Shown here: one piece after another, positions 1 through 9,405 of the stretch
Layout of the letters: every line of letters begins with the position of its first letter
Position numbering within the stretch: position 1 is the first letter of the stretch
NCBI GenBank assembly: GCA_964541455.1
Contig: CAZIPS010000002.1
Span: 6,326 to 70,325 of the forward strand
Reading direction: 5' to 3'
From: an uncultured Candidatus Saccharibacteria bacterium
Lineage (GTDB): Bacteria; Patescibacteriota; Minisyncoccia; Phycocordibacterales; JAKFXT01
Length of the DNA: 64,000 bases
Made by a program: the position numbers and the translations under genes
The notes under the pieces: model-generated
The model's database searches: none
What the model saw: the letters and a program-made list of their open reading frames with translations, nothing else
Told to the model about the DNA's origin: nothing

Positions 1-87
1 AAGGAAATACACAAAACGCTTGGCTTGGCGTGGGCCAATGCCGGGGAAATCGCGAAACTTTGAAGTGAGGGCATCAAGAGCGGACAT
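1..87 (-). CDS. recR: Recombination protein RecR, N-terminal part (runs off window)
   Basis: Manual translation from ATG at 87: MSALDALTSKFRDFPGIGPRQAKRFVYFL, matching the RecR N-terminal HhH motif (LPGIGxKxAxR). Confidence 0.8.
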   Translation of the reverse strand, partial: MSALDALTSKFRDFPGIGPRQAKRFVYFL

Positions 88-104
88 GGCAGTGGAATAG
101 GTCT

Positions 105-1550
105 TTAGAATGATTCAACTGAAGTGTTTCCCGCTTCGTTAAAAGCACCGAAATCGTTTTTGTCGATAGAAAGGAAGGTGGTTTTCTTTTCATCATAATA
201 GAGATCTACTTTTCCCGTAGGGCCATTGCGATGCTTTTCTACGAGAATTTCGGCAATGTTTATTTTGTCAGAATCCTCTTTATACTTATCTTCACGATGG
301 ATAAACATCACCACATCAGCATCTTGTTCGATCGAACCTGAATCACGCAAGTCAGAAAGGCGAGGTTTCCCCCCACGTTGCTCAACGGCACGCGAGAGCT
401 GAGAAAGGGCGAGTACTGGCACATCGAGATCGCGTGCGAGATGTTTGAGGGAGCGAGAAAGTTCGGTTACTTGTTGCACCGCTGAATCGGAGTTTCTGGT
501 GTTAATAGGGGTCATGAGCTGAAGGTAATCAACGATAATAAGCCCAAGCCCGTTTTCTCTTTTCATGCGTCGTGCCACAGAGCGCATTTTAAGGATGTTG
601 TTTCCAGGTTGGTCATCGATGGTGATAGGCGCCTTGGAAAGTCGATCAAGTGAGTCACGGATACGATTAAAATCCTCGTCGAGTGAAATATTTCCAGTAC
701 GAAGGCTCCACGCATTCACTCGGGATTCTGCGGCGATCATACGATCAACGAGTTGCTCATTGCTCATTTCAAGAGAGAAGATACACACAGGATTTTTATG
801 CAAGGTTGCAGTTTGTCGAGCGATATCGAGAGCAAGCGCGGTTTTACCCATTGAAGGACGGGCGGCGAGAATGATGAGGTCTGATTTCTGTAGCCCTGCA
901 AGCATATTATCGAGGTCTTTGAACCCTGTTTTGATACCGCGTACTTCATTTTTGTTTTGATGCAGTTTTTCGATACGCTCCCATGCGTCTCCCAATACAT
1001 TTTTGAGTTCAATAAACTTTTTAGACCCGCCTGCATTATTAGTTAGTTCAAAAAGCTGATGTTCGGCTTTTTCAAGAAGCATTTCTACCTCTTCTCCCTC
1101 CTCATACCCCAAATCATTTATGCCTTCAGCAGCCTCAATCAACTTGCGCATCATGAACTTTTTATAAATGATGTCAGCGTAATACTTTATATTTGAAGCG
1201 GACGGCACACTGTTTACCAGATCAGTAAGATACGCAGCTCCACCTACCTGATCGAGATGCCCCTTTTCGCGAAGGCGAGAGGAAAGTGAGAGAAGATCGA
1301 TAGGATCGCTTTTGCTATAAAGCTCGAGCATTGCAGAGAAGATGAGGCGATGTTTTTCAGCGTAAAAACTTTCTGGAGAAATACTATCGATCACATCGAT
1401 CATTGCATCTGGACGAAGCATGATTGCTCCAAGGAGTGCACGTTCGGAATCAATGTTCTGTGGAGGTACTCGTAGGCGAGCCAAATCATAGCGTGTCTGT
1501 TTGTCTTCAAAGCTTTGTTTGAAGTTCTGTTTGTAGTGCTCTTTGGCCAT
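105..1550 (-). CDS. dnaB: Replicative DNA helicase
   Basis: PPQNIDSERALLG N-terminus, Walker A ARPSMGKT, IIVDYLQL, LSQLSR, DLRDSGSIEQDAD, KHRNGPTG. Confidence 0.98.
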   Translation of the reverse strand: MAKEHYKQNFKQSFEDKQTRYDLARLRVPPQNIDSERALLGAIMLRPDAMIDVIDSISPESFYAEKHRLIFSAMLELYSKSDPIDLLSLSSRLREKGHLDQVGGAAYLTDLVNSVPSASNIKYYADIIYKKFMMRKLIEAAEGINDLGYEEGEEVEMLLEKAEHQLFELTNNAGGSKKFIELKNVLGDAWERIEKLHQNKNEVRGIKTGFKDLDNMLAGLQKSDLIILAARPSMGKTALALDIARQTATLHKNPVCIFSLEMSNEQLVDRMIAAESRVNAWSLRTGNISLDEDFNRIRDSLDRLSKAPITIDDQPGNNILKMRSVARRMKRENGLGLIIVDYLQLMTPINTRNSDSAVQQVTELSRSLKHLARDLDVPVLALSQLSRAVEQRGGKPRLSDLRDSGSIEQDADVVMFIHREDKYKEDSDKINIAEILVEKHRNGPTGKVDLYYDEKKTTFLSIDKNDFGAFNEAGNTSVESF

Positions 1551-1649
1551 TAGAAGTATTCTACCATGCTCTAAAAAGGGGGAGTGAAGGGGATTTAGGA
1601 GAGATTCGGGGAAAGACTGTGTATAAAGAGAGGGGTTCTGGGGAGGGTA

Positions 1650-1678
1650 TTGCTAAAAGTAGTTTTTTGTTATATAAT
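1650..1678 (+). promoter_or_regulatory. Sigma70-type promoter of islet 1
   Basis: TTGCTA-17 bp-TATAAT. Confidence 0.75.
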
Positions 1679-1736
1679 AAAGTTCGGTAAGTTTTTTCGA
1701 TTAATTTTTTTGGCCTATGGGCCGAGGAGGTATGGG

Positions 1737-2039
1737 ATGTACAATCCCGACAATGCCAATCCCGACAGGGATACGACCCCGATTGCTCACGTGGAGCGGC
1801 TGGGGGACATCATCCACAGCATGCTCGGGGCGAGGATTGTGTATCGCCCTTGGCAGCTCGCAGGACCTTCTGAGCAGAACGAAATCCTGCTGCAGAAGGC
1901 AGGCGAAATCTGCGTGGTCACCGTGAAAGCGGGAGATCGCCGGCAGGCTTTCGAGGTGAGCAACCTCGGGGCGCAGTTCCTGGCGCTGGTGAAGGTCCTG
2001 AGCCACCAGACCGGGTTCGAGTACCGCGAAGTATTCTGA
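1737..2039 (+). CDS. Orphan GC-rich hypothetical protein, 100 aa (islet 1)
   Basis: SD GAGGAGG at 1724-1730, 6 nt before ATG 1737 (in frame with track ORF 1650..2039); 36/60 GC in 1741-1800; own promoter and terminator. Confidence 0.7.
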   Translation: MYNPDNANPDRDTTPIAHVERLGDIIHSMLGARIVYRPWQLAGPSEQNEILLQKAGEICVVTVKAGDRRQAFEVSNLGAQFLALVKVLSHQTGFEYREVF

Positions 2040-2054
2040 GGCGGTACTCGGGCG

Positions 2055-2084
2055 AGCGTGCGCAGCGATGCGCACGCTTTTTTT
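2055..2084 (+). terminator. Intrinsic terminator of islet 1, abutting the cysS stop
   Basis: AGCGTGCGCA-gcga-TGCGCACGCT followed by a T run. Confidence 0.85.
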
Positions 2085-3459
2085 ATTTCTTACTAACTTT
2101 TACTCCGTCCGGAGTATCATCGATATGATAGCCAAGGTTTGCTATTTCGGTGCGAAGCATGTCAGAGCGGGCAAAGTCTTTCTTTTCGCGCGCCACCTCA
2201 CGTTCTTTGAGAAGGTTTTGTACGGCAATGGGGATTTCAATACTTTCTTCCTCTATTTTTTCATCAAGTCGTAATCCAAGCACTTCATCGAATTTTAAAA
2301 TAGTTGCTTTCTTGTCGGCATCAGTAATGTCTGATTTCAAGACTTCAAATATAAGCGCAAGCGCTTGCGGGGTTCCCAAGTCATCGTTAATGAAAGAAGT
2401 GAATTGGTTGAGGAAATTACTATCTACTTTTCCATCCTCTGGCATCTGCCATAGTGCACGAATAATATTTTTCCTAGCGATACCAGCTGCATTTACTGCC
2501 TCCCAGCTAAAATTCATTGGACTTCTATAGTGAGTGGTGAGTAGTAAGTAACGGTAGACAAGTGGGACATCTCCCTTTTGTACAAAATCTACTAGCGTAA
2601 TAAAGTTCTCACCACTTTTTGCCATTTTATCCTCACCAACGTTTAGATGGGCATTGTGAAGCCAGTAGTTTACATATTTTTTATCATTGGCTTTTTCTGA
2701 TTGGGCAATCTCGTTATTGTGATGTACTGGGATATGGTCGATGCCACCAGTATGAATATCGAATGGTTGTCCTAGGTATTTTTCACTCATAGCAGAACAC
2801 TCTATGTGCCACCCCGGAAACCCTTTACCCCACGGAGCATCATAGCCAAGTTCGGCATTAAATTTCCAAAGGGCGAAGTCGCGCGGGTTTTTCTTTTCAG
2901 CGTTTAGTCCAATACGAGAATGTTCATCATTAGTACTTACTGCACCACCAAGCTCACCGTATGAGGGGAAGCTTTGGGTGTCAAAATATACCCCATCGCT
3001 TGTTGTGTAGGTAGCACCTTTGTCCACTAGCTTTTGAATAAGTTCGATATCTTCTTTGATATGGTCACTTGCAAAAGGGAAGTGGTGAGGTGTCTCAATA
3101 TTTAGTTGTTGTAAGTCTTCCTTAAATTTTTCAAAATAAAAATTGGCTATTTCGCGCATGGCTTCAAGCGTCATGGGTTTACCTTCACGTTTTAGTGCAC
3201 GGGTCATTTTATCATCGCCATCATCCCCATCACTTGAAAGATGTCCTATATCAGTAACATTTATTACTTGAGTTACTTTGTAAGTGTTGAACTCAAGGGT
3301 ACGGCGAAGTATGTCAGCAAACACATAAGCCCTTAGGTTACCAATGTGGGCATAATTGTAGACGGTGGGGCCACAGTTATACATACGCACTTCACCTTCT
3401 TTTATGGGGACAAACTCCTCCTTTTGCTTGGTAAGGGTATTATAGAAAAAAAGCTTCAT
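2083..3459 (-). CDS. cysS: Cysteine--tRNA ligase
   Basis: MYNCGPTVY, HIGN, GFPGWHIECSAM, DIHTGGIDH, KMAKS. Confidence 0.97.
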   Translation of the reverse strand: MKLFFYNTLTKQKEEFVPIKEGEVRMYNCGPTVYNYAHIGNLRAYVFADILRRTLEFNTYKVTQVINVTDIGHLSSDGDDGDDKMTRALKREGKPMTLEAMREIANFYFEKFKEDLQQLNIETPHHFPFASDHIKEDIELIQKLVDKGATYTTSDGVYFDTQSFPSYGELGGAVSTNDEHSRIGLNAEKKNPRDFALWKFNAELGYDAPWGKGFPGWHIECSAMSEKYLGQPFDIHTGGIDHIPVHHNNEIAQSEKANDKKYVNYWLHNAHLNVGEDKMAKSGENFITLVDFVQKGDVPLVYRYLLLTTHYRSPMNFSWEAVNAAGIARKNIIRALWQMPEDGKVDSNFLNQFTSFINDDLGTPQALALIFEVLKSDITDADKKATILKFDEVLGLRLDEKIEEESIEIPIAVQNLLKEREVAREKKDFARSDMLRTEIANLGYHIDDTPDGVKVSKK

Positions 3460-3496
3460 GCTCTAGAGTGTATCTTAAAACAGTAACCTTGCACAA

Positions 3497-4411
3497 CTAG
3501 AGCCAATTCTTGTGTTTAAAGTAGGTAAACATAAGAATAGTGATACCTATCATAATGCCGATAATCTCGAAAAATCCATACGGACTCCCCACAATAGGGG
3601 TGATGGTGGTATTCATACCAAACACTCCTGCGATTAAGGAAAGAGGGAGCATGATGAATGAGATAAGCGCTAAGACCCGCATAGTTTCGTTCTGTTTAGT
3701 TGAAAGGAGGGAGTCGTTTGTTGCACGAAGCTCATTTAAAGTGTCAGTATTTGCTTCAATAGCGCTCTGTACCCGCGAATAAGAGCCAAGGATAGCTTGT
3801 ATGTAGTAGTTAAAATCTTCGCCAAAAAATTTACGTACAGCAAGTTCAAGTGAGGCGAGCACTTCATCGTGTAGTGAGAGTGATTGCTTGAATTGCAAAA
3901 TTTCCCGCGCGACTTTGGAGAGTTCAAAGACCATCTGGCGTTCATTGCCTAAGAAAATACGGTTCTCAATAATCTTAAGGCGATCGGTGACATAGTCGAG
4001 TTCATGAGTGAGTGACTTATATAGTTTCTTGATCATGTGGAAGAAAATGAAGCCCGCATGGTCGCCTAAACTTTCTTTTTCGAGGATCGTGTTTACTTCA
4101 AATACTTTGCCGAATTTATGTAGGGCATCTATTGAGTCGTAGTGGGTAGTAATCAGAAAATTTTTACCAATGACAAAGTCGATCTCCTGATTTTGGTCAT
4201 CGCCATGGGAATGATGGAGGGCGGGGAAGTGGAGGATAAGGTAGATATAGTCTTTGTAGAGATCAACTTTTGGTTTGAGGCTCGGGGTCATAAGGTCTTC
4301 TGCGACGCGCGGATCAAGAGCATAGCGGCCCATGAGTGTACGCACCTCTTCAAGTGAAGGAGAGGTGAGGTCGATCCATGTTAAATCTTTATTTTTGTAC
4401 TCTTTAATCAT
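3497..4411 (-). CDS. corA: CorA-family Mg/Co transporter
   Basis: Two C-terminal TM helices with the GMN signature (AGVFGMNT). Confidence 0.9.
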   Translation of the reverse strand: MIKEYKNKDLTWIDLTSPSLEEVRTLMGRYALDPRVAEDLMTPSLKPKVDLYKDYIYLILHFPALHHSHGDDQNQEIDFVIGKNFLITTHYDSIDALHKFGKVFEVNTILEKESLGDHAGFIFFHMIKKLYKSLTHELDYVTDRLKIIENRIFLGNERQMVFELSKVAREILQFKQSLSLHDEVLASLELAVRKFFGEDFNYYIQAILGSYSRVQSAIEANTDTLNELRATNDSLLSTKQNETMRVLALISFIMLPLSLIAGVFGMNTTITPIVGSPYGFFEIIGIMIGITILMFTYFKHKNWL

Positions 4412-4505
4412 CCGTGTAATGTAGTGTTCTACCCATTATATAGAAGGAGCTTCTTGTTGGTAAAGGGACTGTTCTGTATAATGCGCTATATCTTTTCTTT
4501 TTTTC

Positions 4506-5780
4506 ATGTCACCTAAAACTCATTTTAAATTATATGTGTTGCCGACCATTTTGGCCGGTCTTTTAATTGCCGGCACTTTTTCGCTCGGTGTGTATATCGG
4601 CAGTCGTCACAGTGTGAGTGTTACAGTGCCGAGTCTTACTACTTCAGATGGACAAAAGGTTGATATAGATGATTTTTGGAAGGCATGGAGGATCCTTAAT
4701 GAAAAGTTTGTGGGAGACAGTGTGCCCAAAGATCAGGACAAGGTCTATGGGGCTATTGCGGGACTCGCTGCTTCGTATAAGGACTCCTATACTGTGTTCT
4801 TTCCTCCTGTTGAAGCAAAGTCATTTAATGAACAGGTGAGTGGGGCGTTTGAAGGAGTGGGGATGGAGGTTGATATAAAAAATGGCGTACTTACGGTGAT
4901 TGCCCCTATTAAGGATGCTCCGGCTGATAAGGCAGGAATGCTTCCGGGGGATCATATTTTAAAGATTGATGGGAAGGTAACGCTTGGGATGGCAGTTGAA
5001 GATGCAGTTAGGCTTATCAAAGGTAAAAAGGGAACAACAGTAGTGTTGAATATTACACGTTCAGGCAAAAAAGATCCTTTCGATGTCTCGATTGTGCGCG
5101 ACAAAATTGATATCCCTTCTCTTAAAAGCGAGATGCGTAAAGATGGAACATATGTGATAAGTATCGCTACGTTTTCTGCACCATCATATATTCAGTTCCG
5201 CGAAGCGTTGCGTAAGTTTGTTGAAACAAAAAGTGACAGGCTTATCATTGATTTGCGCGGCAACCCTGGTGGATATCTTGAGGCGGCAGTTGATATTGCG
5301 AGTTGGTTCTTGCCACAAGGGGATGTAGTGGTGAGTGAGGATTTCGGGAAAAAGCACGATCCAATTTACCATCGAAGTACTGGGTACAACATTTTTAACG
5401 ATAAATTGAAACTCATCATTTTGATTAATGGTGGTTCTGCATCAGCTTCAGAAATCCTTTCAGGAGCGCTCCATGATCATGGCAAGGCACGGTTGTTGGG
5501 GGAGAAGAGTTTCGGAAAAGGGTCAGTGCAGGAGTTGGTGCCAATTACGAGCGACACGTCACTTAAGGTTACGATTGCTCGCTGGCTTACCCCAAATGGT
5601 ACTTCAATTTCACATCAAGGTATTGTGCCAGATATTGTAGTACCTATGACACTCGACGATTATAAGAACAAGGGGGATATCCAAATGGAAAAAGCAGCTG
5701 AAATACTGCGCCAAGAAACGGCTACCTCATCAACAGCCTATGTGTTGAACGCCCCGCAGTTCACAGTAACTTCCCATTAG
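4506..5780 (+). CDS. S41 carboxyl-terminal processing protease with PDZ domain
   Basis: N-terminal TM, PDZ (FEGVGMEV), IIDLRGNPGG, SASASEI, SFGKGSVQ. Confidence 0.95.
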   Translation: MSPKTHFKLYVLPTILAGLLIAGTFSLGVYIGSRHSVSVTVPSLTTSDGQKVDIDDFWKAWRILNEKFVGDSVPKDQDKVYGAIAGLAASYKDSYTVFFPPVEAKSFNEQVSGAFEGVGMEVDIKNGVLTVIAPIKDAPADKAGMLPGDHILKIDGKVTLGMAVEDAVRLIKGKKGTTVVLNITRSGKKDPFDVSIVRDKIDIPSLKSEMRKDGTYVISIATFSAPSYIQFREALRKFVETKSDRLIIDLRGNPGGYLEAAVDIASWFLPQGDVVVSEDFGKKHDPIYHRSTGYNIFNDKLKLIILINGGSASASEILSGALHDHGKARLLGEKSFGKGSVQELVPITSDTSLKVTIARWLTPNGTSISHQGIVPDIVVPMTLDDYKNKGDIQMEKAAEILRQETATSSTAYVLNAPQFTVTSH

Positions 5781-5846
5781 TGAGGCGTGACAGGACTACC
5801 TGAATAAGGTAGTATCCTCTTATTATTATCTTTACGTACATTCACT

Positions 5847-6290
5847 ATGAAAGTTGTATTTCTACAAGATGTTGCGCGTGTCGGACGTAAGTACGATGTA
5901 AAGGAAGTTTCTTCTGGCTATGCTTCAAATTTCTTGTTTCCTCGTAAGCTTGCGGTAGTAGCAAGCCCTGAAATGGTAGCAAAAGTTGAAGAAAAAAGAG
6001 CCAAGGAGCTCGATATGCGCAAAATGCAGGATGATCTTCTCATAAAGAGCCTCGAGGCGCTTAAGGAAGTAACGGTTACCTTAAAAGAGAAGGCTAATGA
6101 AGAGGGGCATTTATATGCAAAGATTCGCAATGAGGATGTCGTTGCAGCCCTTAAAGAGCAGACAGGCATTGAGTTACAGCCAGCCTTGCTCACAAACACA
6201 GATCCTCTTAAGGCAGTTGGTGAGTATGAGATGGAGGTGCTCGTTCAAGATAAAAAAGCGCATTTTAAAGTGGTTGTTGAAGCACTGTAG
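5847..6290 (+). CDS. rplI: 50S ribosomal protein L9
   Basis: MKVVFLQDV..VGRKYDVKEVSSGYASNFLFP. Confidence 0.96.
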   Translation: MKVVFLQDVARVGRKYDVKEVSSGYASNFLFPRKLAVVASPEMVAKVEEKRAKELDMRKMQDDLLIKSLEALKEVTVTLKEKANEEGHLYAKIRNEDVVAALKEQTGIELQPALLTNTDPLKAVGEYEMEVLVQDKKAHFKVVVEAL

Positions 6291-6310
6291 GAATAGACAA
6301 AAAAAATGTA

Positions 6311-6342
6311 ACAAAAACCCTCTGTGTACAGAGGGTTTTTGT
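6311..6342. terminator. Bidirectional terminator between rplI and rpmA
   Basis: ACAAAAACCCTCTGT-gt-ACAGAGGGTTTTTGT inverted repeat between convergent genes. Confidence 0.85.
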
Positions 6343-6350
6343 TTTAGAGC

Positions 6351-6623
6351 TTATTTTACGTGAGCTACTTTTTTGAGGATGGTTTTGCCGTCAAAGTGTG
6401 TCTTGCGAGTAGTGCCATAGGAAACAGTTCCTTCTTTGAGTGCATAAAGCGTATGGTCTTTTCCAATACCCACATTTAAGCCAGGAAGGATGCGTGTGCC
6501 ACGTTGGCGGATGATAATAGCACCAGCCTTTGCTTTTTCGCCAGCATAAAGTTTAGTACCCAAATACTGGGCGTTTGAGTCTGTCAGGTTTTTGGCGGAA
6601 CCTCCCGCTTTTCGTGTTGCCAT
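6351..6623 (-). CDS. rpmA: 50S ribosomal protein L27
   Basis: [32 protein letters not shown]. Confidence 0.97.
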   Translation of the reverse strand: MATRKAGGSAKNLTDSNAQYLGTKLYAGEKAKAGAIIIRQRGTRILPGLNVGIGKDHTLYALKEGTVSYGTTRKTHFDGKTILKKVAHVK

Positions 6624-6700
6624 ACGTTAGTTTTGTAGTCGGCTAGGAGTGGTTTATAGTTATAAGAGGAATTAGGTAATTCCAGACCATCCCAGCAACA

Positions 6701-7177
6701 ATGGAGACAACTATAAAGGAAAGTAGGAAAAATAGCAAGGTACCCTTTGGGGAAAGTTTGCTTTTGACCAATAAGCCAAAAAATGGCTTAACAGCAGGCT
6801 TTTTGAGGGTTTCTGAGGAGGTGTATATCGCCCTTATTATCACCTTGGTGGCTTTTTTAGGGTTTGGCCTTGGGAGATTTTCGATGGTGCAAAAAAGCAG
6901 TAGTAAGACCCAAGTCAAGCTTATTCAGGGAGGGGGAGGGGAAGCAGCCCTTGTGGCAGATAAAGGTGTTTCTGTGGTGGATACGGGGACTACAGGAGGG
7001 GAGGTGTCCACTACTACGCTTAGCGCAACAGAAGTGGTGGCTTCAAAGCAGGGGACAAAATATCACTACACATGGTGCCCCGGGGCGTCTAAGATAAGCC
7101 CAAGTAACAAAATTTCTTTTACTTCTGAGGCTGCTGCGATTGTCGCAGGGTATACGAAAGCAAGTAACTGCAAATAA
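6701..7177 (+). CDS. Membrane-anchored protein with C-terminal Ada-like metal-binding domain
   Basis: One TM (YIALIITLVAFLGFGLG) and C-terminal VASKQGTKYHYTWC...AGYTKASNC. Confidence 0.7.
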   Translation: METTIKESRKNSKVPFGESLLLTNKPKNGLTAGFLRVSEEVYIALIITLVAFLGFGLGRFSMVQKSSSKTQVKLIQGGGGEAALVADKGVSVVDTGTTGGEVSTTTLSATEVVASKQGTKYHYTWCPGASKISPSNKISFTSEAAAIVAGYTKASNCK

Positions 7178-7202
7178 GTAGTACTTCATATATACTAAGC
7201 AC

Positions 7203-7802
7203 ATGATTGCACTTGATATAGAAGCAAGCGGAGTAGATTATCAGAAAAATTCGATTATTAGTATCGGAGCACTTGATACTGAACATCCTACCAATCGGTT
7301 TTATGGTGAATGTCGTGTCTGGGAAGGCTCGCATATTTCAGAGGATACTATGGAGTTTCTTCAGATGACTGAAGCACAGTTTCGTGATTCTACTAAACAA
7401 ACTGAAGCCGATCTTTTGCTTACTTTTCTTTCGTGGAGTGAAGGGGTGCGGGACAGAACGTTTTTAGGTCAGAATGTTTCTTTTGATCGAGATTATCTAA
7501 AGGCGGCATGTGATCGAATACATCATGAATGGAATTTTGCGCACCGCACTGTTGATACACATTCACTTTGTTACATGCACATGATTAAGCGAGGACTTAC
7601 TCCGCCTTTTAATGAAGAGCATCATCGTACCGCACTTAATCTCGATAGTATTCTTCTTTATTGTGGGATCCCAGAAGAACCACAGCCACATAATGCACTT
7701 ACCGGTGCACTATCTCACGCTGAAGTGGCACATCGGTTACTCTATGATAAGAAGTTTTTGCCTGAATTTGATCAATTTGAAATTCCTTGGCAGAAGGCGT
7801 AA
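7203..7802 (+). CDS. DEDDh 3'-5' exonuclease (DnaQ-like)
   Basis: ALDIEASG (ExoI), GQNVSFD (ExoII), HNALTGA (ExoIII with the final Asp replaced). Confidence 0.85.
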   Translation: MIALDIEASGVDYQKNSIISIGALDTEHPTNRFYGECRVWEGSHISEDTMEFLQMTEAQFRDSTKQTEADLLLTFLSWSEGVRDRTFLGQNVSFDRDYLKAACDRIHHEWNFAHRTVDTHSLCYMHMIKRGLTPPFNEEHHRTALNLDSILLYCGIPEEPQPHNALTGALSHAEVAHRLLYDKKFLPEFDQFEIPWQKA

Positions 7803-7814
7803 GATGCTTTTTAT

Positions 7815-8027
7815 ATGGAACATAATGTAACCAAGAAATTATACCTCTCTGCTACTGACCGGAAGATTGCAGGAGTGTTTGGCGGTTTGGCGGCTTACTT
7901 TAATATTGATTCAACGATACTCCGCTTAGGTTTTCTCCTTGTGCTTGTGTGTACAGCATTTTTCCCCATGACTATCTTTTATCTACTTGCTTGGGCAGTG
8001 ATCCCAGAAGAGCCTATTCATAAGTAG
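7815..8027 (+). CDS. PspC domain protein
   Basis: KKLYLSATDRKIAGVFGGLAAYFNID..ILRL...YLLAWAVIPE. Confidence 0.92.
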   Translation: MEHNVTKKLYLSATDRKIAGVFGGLAAYFNIDSTILRLGFLLVLVCTAFFPMTIFYLLAWAVIPEEPIHK

Positions 8028-8042
8028 GTAGTTTTGAATATT

Positions 8043-8070
8043 GTCGGGGTATAGTGTATCGGTAACACAC
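8043..8070 (+). repeat. Exact 28-nt copy of the 5' part of tRNA-Pro
   Basis: GTCGGGGTATAGTGTATCGGTAACACAC is identical to 8185-8212. Confidence 0.95.
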
Positions 8071-8186
8071 ATGATGGGGGTCGAGCAAGACACAATAAAG
8101 TAAACAGTTTTACTTTATTATGCTAGTGAGACAAATTTTCTCATATGGTTTACCATGAGAAAATTTCGGTTTTTTGGAGGCATCGT

Positions 8187-8258
8187 CGGGGTATAGTGTA
8201 TCGGTAACACACGTGCATGGGGTGCACGTAACGCTGGGTTCGACTCCCAGTACCCCGA
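8187..8258 (+). tRNA. tRNA-Pro(GGG), CCA not encoded
   Basis: Acceptor CGGGGTA/TACCCCG, D stem GTGT/ACAC, anticodon stem CGTGC/GCACG with loop ATGGGGT, T arm CTGGG-TTCGACT-CCCAG. Confidence 0.93.
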
Positions 8259-8285
8259 CGATGGCCCTAAAAAACGTAACTAAAA

Positions 8286-8306
8286 ACTCCCAGTATCCCG
8301 ACAATG
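8286..8306 (+). repeat. Diverged copy of the tRNA-Pro 3' end
   Basis: ACTCCCAGTATCCCGACAATG vs ACTCCCAGTACCCCGACGATG (8243-8263), 19/21 identical. Confidence 0.85.
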
Positions 8307-8316
8307 TTTCCAACAG

Positions 8317-8364
8317 CTCACAAAAGTAAAAAGCCGGGGTTAGCCAGCTTTTTACTTTTGTGAG
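8317..8364. terminator. Long bidirectional hairpin/terminator
   Basis: 18-bp arms CTCACAAAAGTAAAAAGC / GCTTTTTACTTTTGTGAG between the tRNA and the convergent DoxX gene. Confidence 0.8.
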
Positions 8365-8375
8365 ACGAGTTCTAT

Positions 8376-8837
8376 TTACATCCCCATGGTATTACCCATG
8401 TTGTTTGCCATCTTGCTATCCATGCTCATCATTTCTGAGCCATGCTTAGCAACAAGAAGAATACCACCAACAATAGCAAGATTCTTAAGTACGCTTACCC
8501 AGTCAACTTGGAAAGGAACGCCAGCTGGAGCAAGAACACTTGTGTGTACAAGTACGGTTGCAATCACTGTGAAGATAACGAGCATCCATGCACCAATGCG
8601 AGTTTTATATCCAACAAGAATAGAAAGCGCGCCACCAACTTCAAAAATAACGGCAAGTCCAGCCCATACCATACCAGGAAGCACATGGAGGGCTGTCCCT
8701 AGGTTAGCTGAAAGCTGACTAAAGCCAACGATTTTTTGCCAGCCGGCAAAAAGAAATACTATAGCAATAAAGACGCGAGCAATAACAGGAGCCCACATAT
8801 CTACTTTATTACTCCACATCTGCAACTTTTCCTTCAT
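8376..8837 (-). CDS. DoxX-family membrane protein
   Basis: ARVFIAIVFLFAGWQKI, FEVGGAL..LVGYKTR, LKNLAIVGG; start placed at ATG 8837. Confidence 0.9.
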   Translation of the reverse strand: MKEKLQMWSNKVDMWAPVIARVFIAIVFLFAGWQKIVGFSQLSANLGTALHVLPGMVWAGLAVIFEVGGALSILVGYKTRIGAWMLVIFTVIATVLVHTSVLAPAGVPFQVDWVSVLKNLAIVGGILLVAKHGSEMMSMDSKMANNMGNTMGM

Positions 8838-8998
8838 ATAGATACAATAAAATTTACTATTCAATAATGGAGCTATTATACTCTAAAATACGGTTTTTGG
8901 GGGGAGGGGAGTGGATAAGCAATAAAAGGCCACAGCACTGCTACTTTTGTCGGTAATGATTAGTTATAAGCATAGTATGTTTACAAGATGAGGTGGGT

Positions 8999-9397
8999 AT
9001 GTTTGAGCGTATACTGCTCTTAACGCGTTCTTTTGGGTTGGCAAAACCACTGGGTCTTGCGCTTGCGAGGTGGGGAGTTGATAGCCTTGTGTACATTAGC
9101 GACCCAGCACTCTTTGAACCCAGCATTCTTGAAACGGAGGATTTCACTACTATTATTGTCGGTAAAAGTTTTCAAGGGGACTGCGAGGATACGGCTAAAT
9201 GGGTTCGCCACATTCGTTCACAGTATGGGAACCCAATCATTGGGGTGAATGATGTACTTAGCGTGTTTGGTGACATGCGTTTGCTTCGGGTAGCGGGATG
9301 TAACTATCTTTCTCAAACCGCGGATCCCAACATGCAATTACGAGAAGTTCTGGACTTTGTTTGGGAGATTGAATCAAACCTTCCACTTCTGCGCTAG
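8999..9397 (+). CDS. Degenerate receiver (CheY-like) domain protein (islet 2)
   Basis: SD-like GAGGT before ATG 8999; pattern RILLL..LGLALARWG..IIVG..WVRHIRSQYGNPIIGV..LRVAGCNYL follows the REC layout without the acidic pocket or KP. Confidence 0.55.
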   Translation: MFERILLLTRSFGLAKPLGLALARWGVDSLVYISDPALFEPSILETEDFTTIIVGKSFQGDCEDTAKWVRHIRSQYGNPIIGVNDVLSVFGDMRLLRVAGCNYLSQTADPNMQLREVLDFVWEIESNLPLLR

Positions 9398-9405
9398 CAT
9401 CTCTT

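Noticed and set aside
1701-2075. Minus-strand 124-aa ORF and other overlapping frames across islet 1
   Set aside because: Shadow ORFs of GC-rich DNA; promoter, SD and terminator all support the + frame starting at 1737.
8043-8212. 28-nt direct repeat as a minimal CRISPR array
   Set aside because: Only two copies, the repeat is the 5' part of tRNA-Pro, the spacing is too long and there is no cas operon.
8110-8313. 67-aa minus-strand ORF
   Set aside because: Antisense to the tRNA; no coding features.
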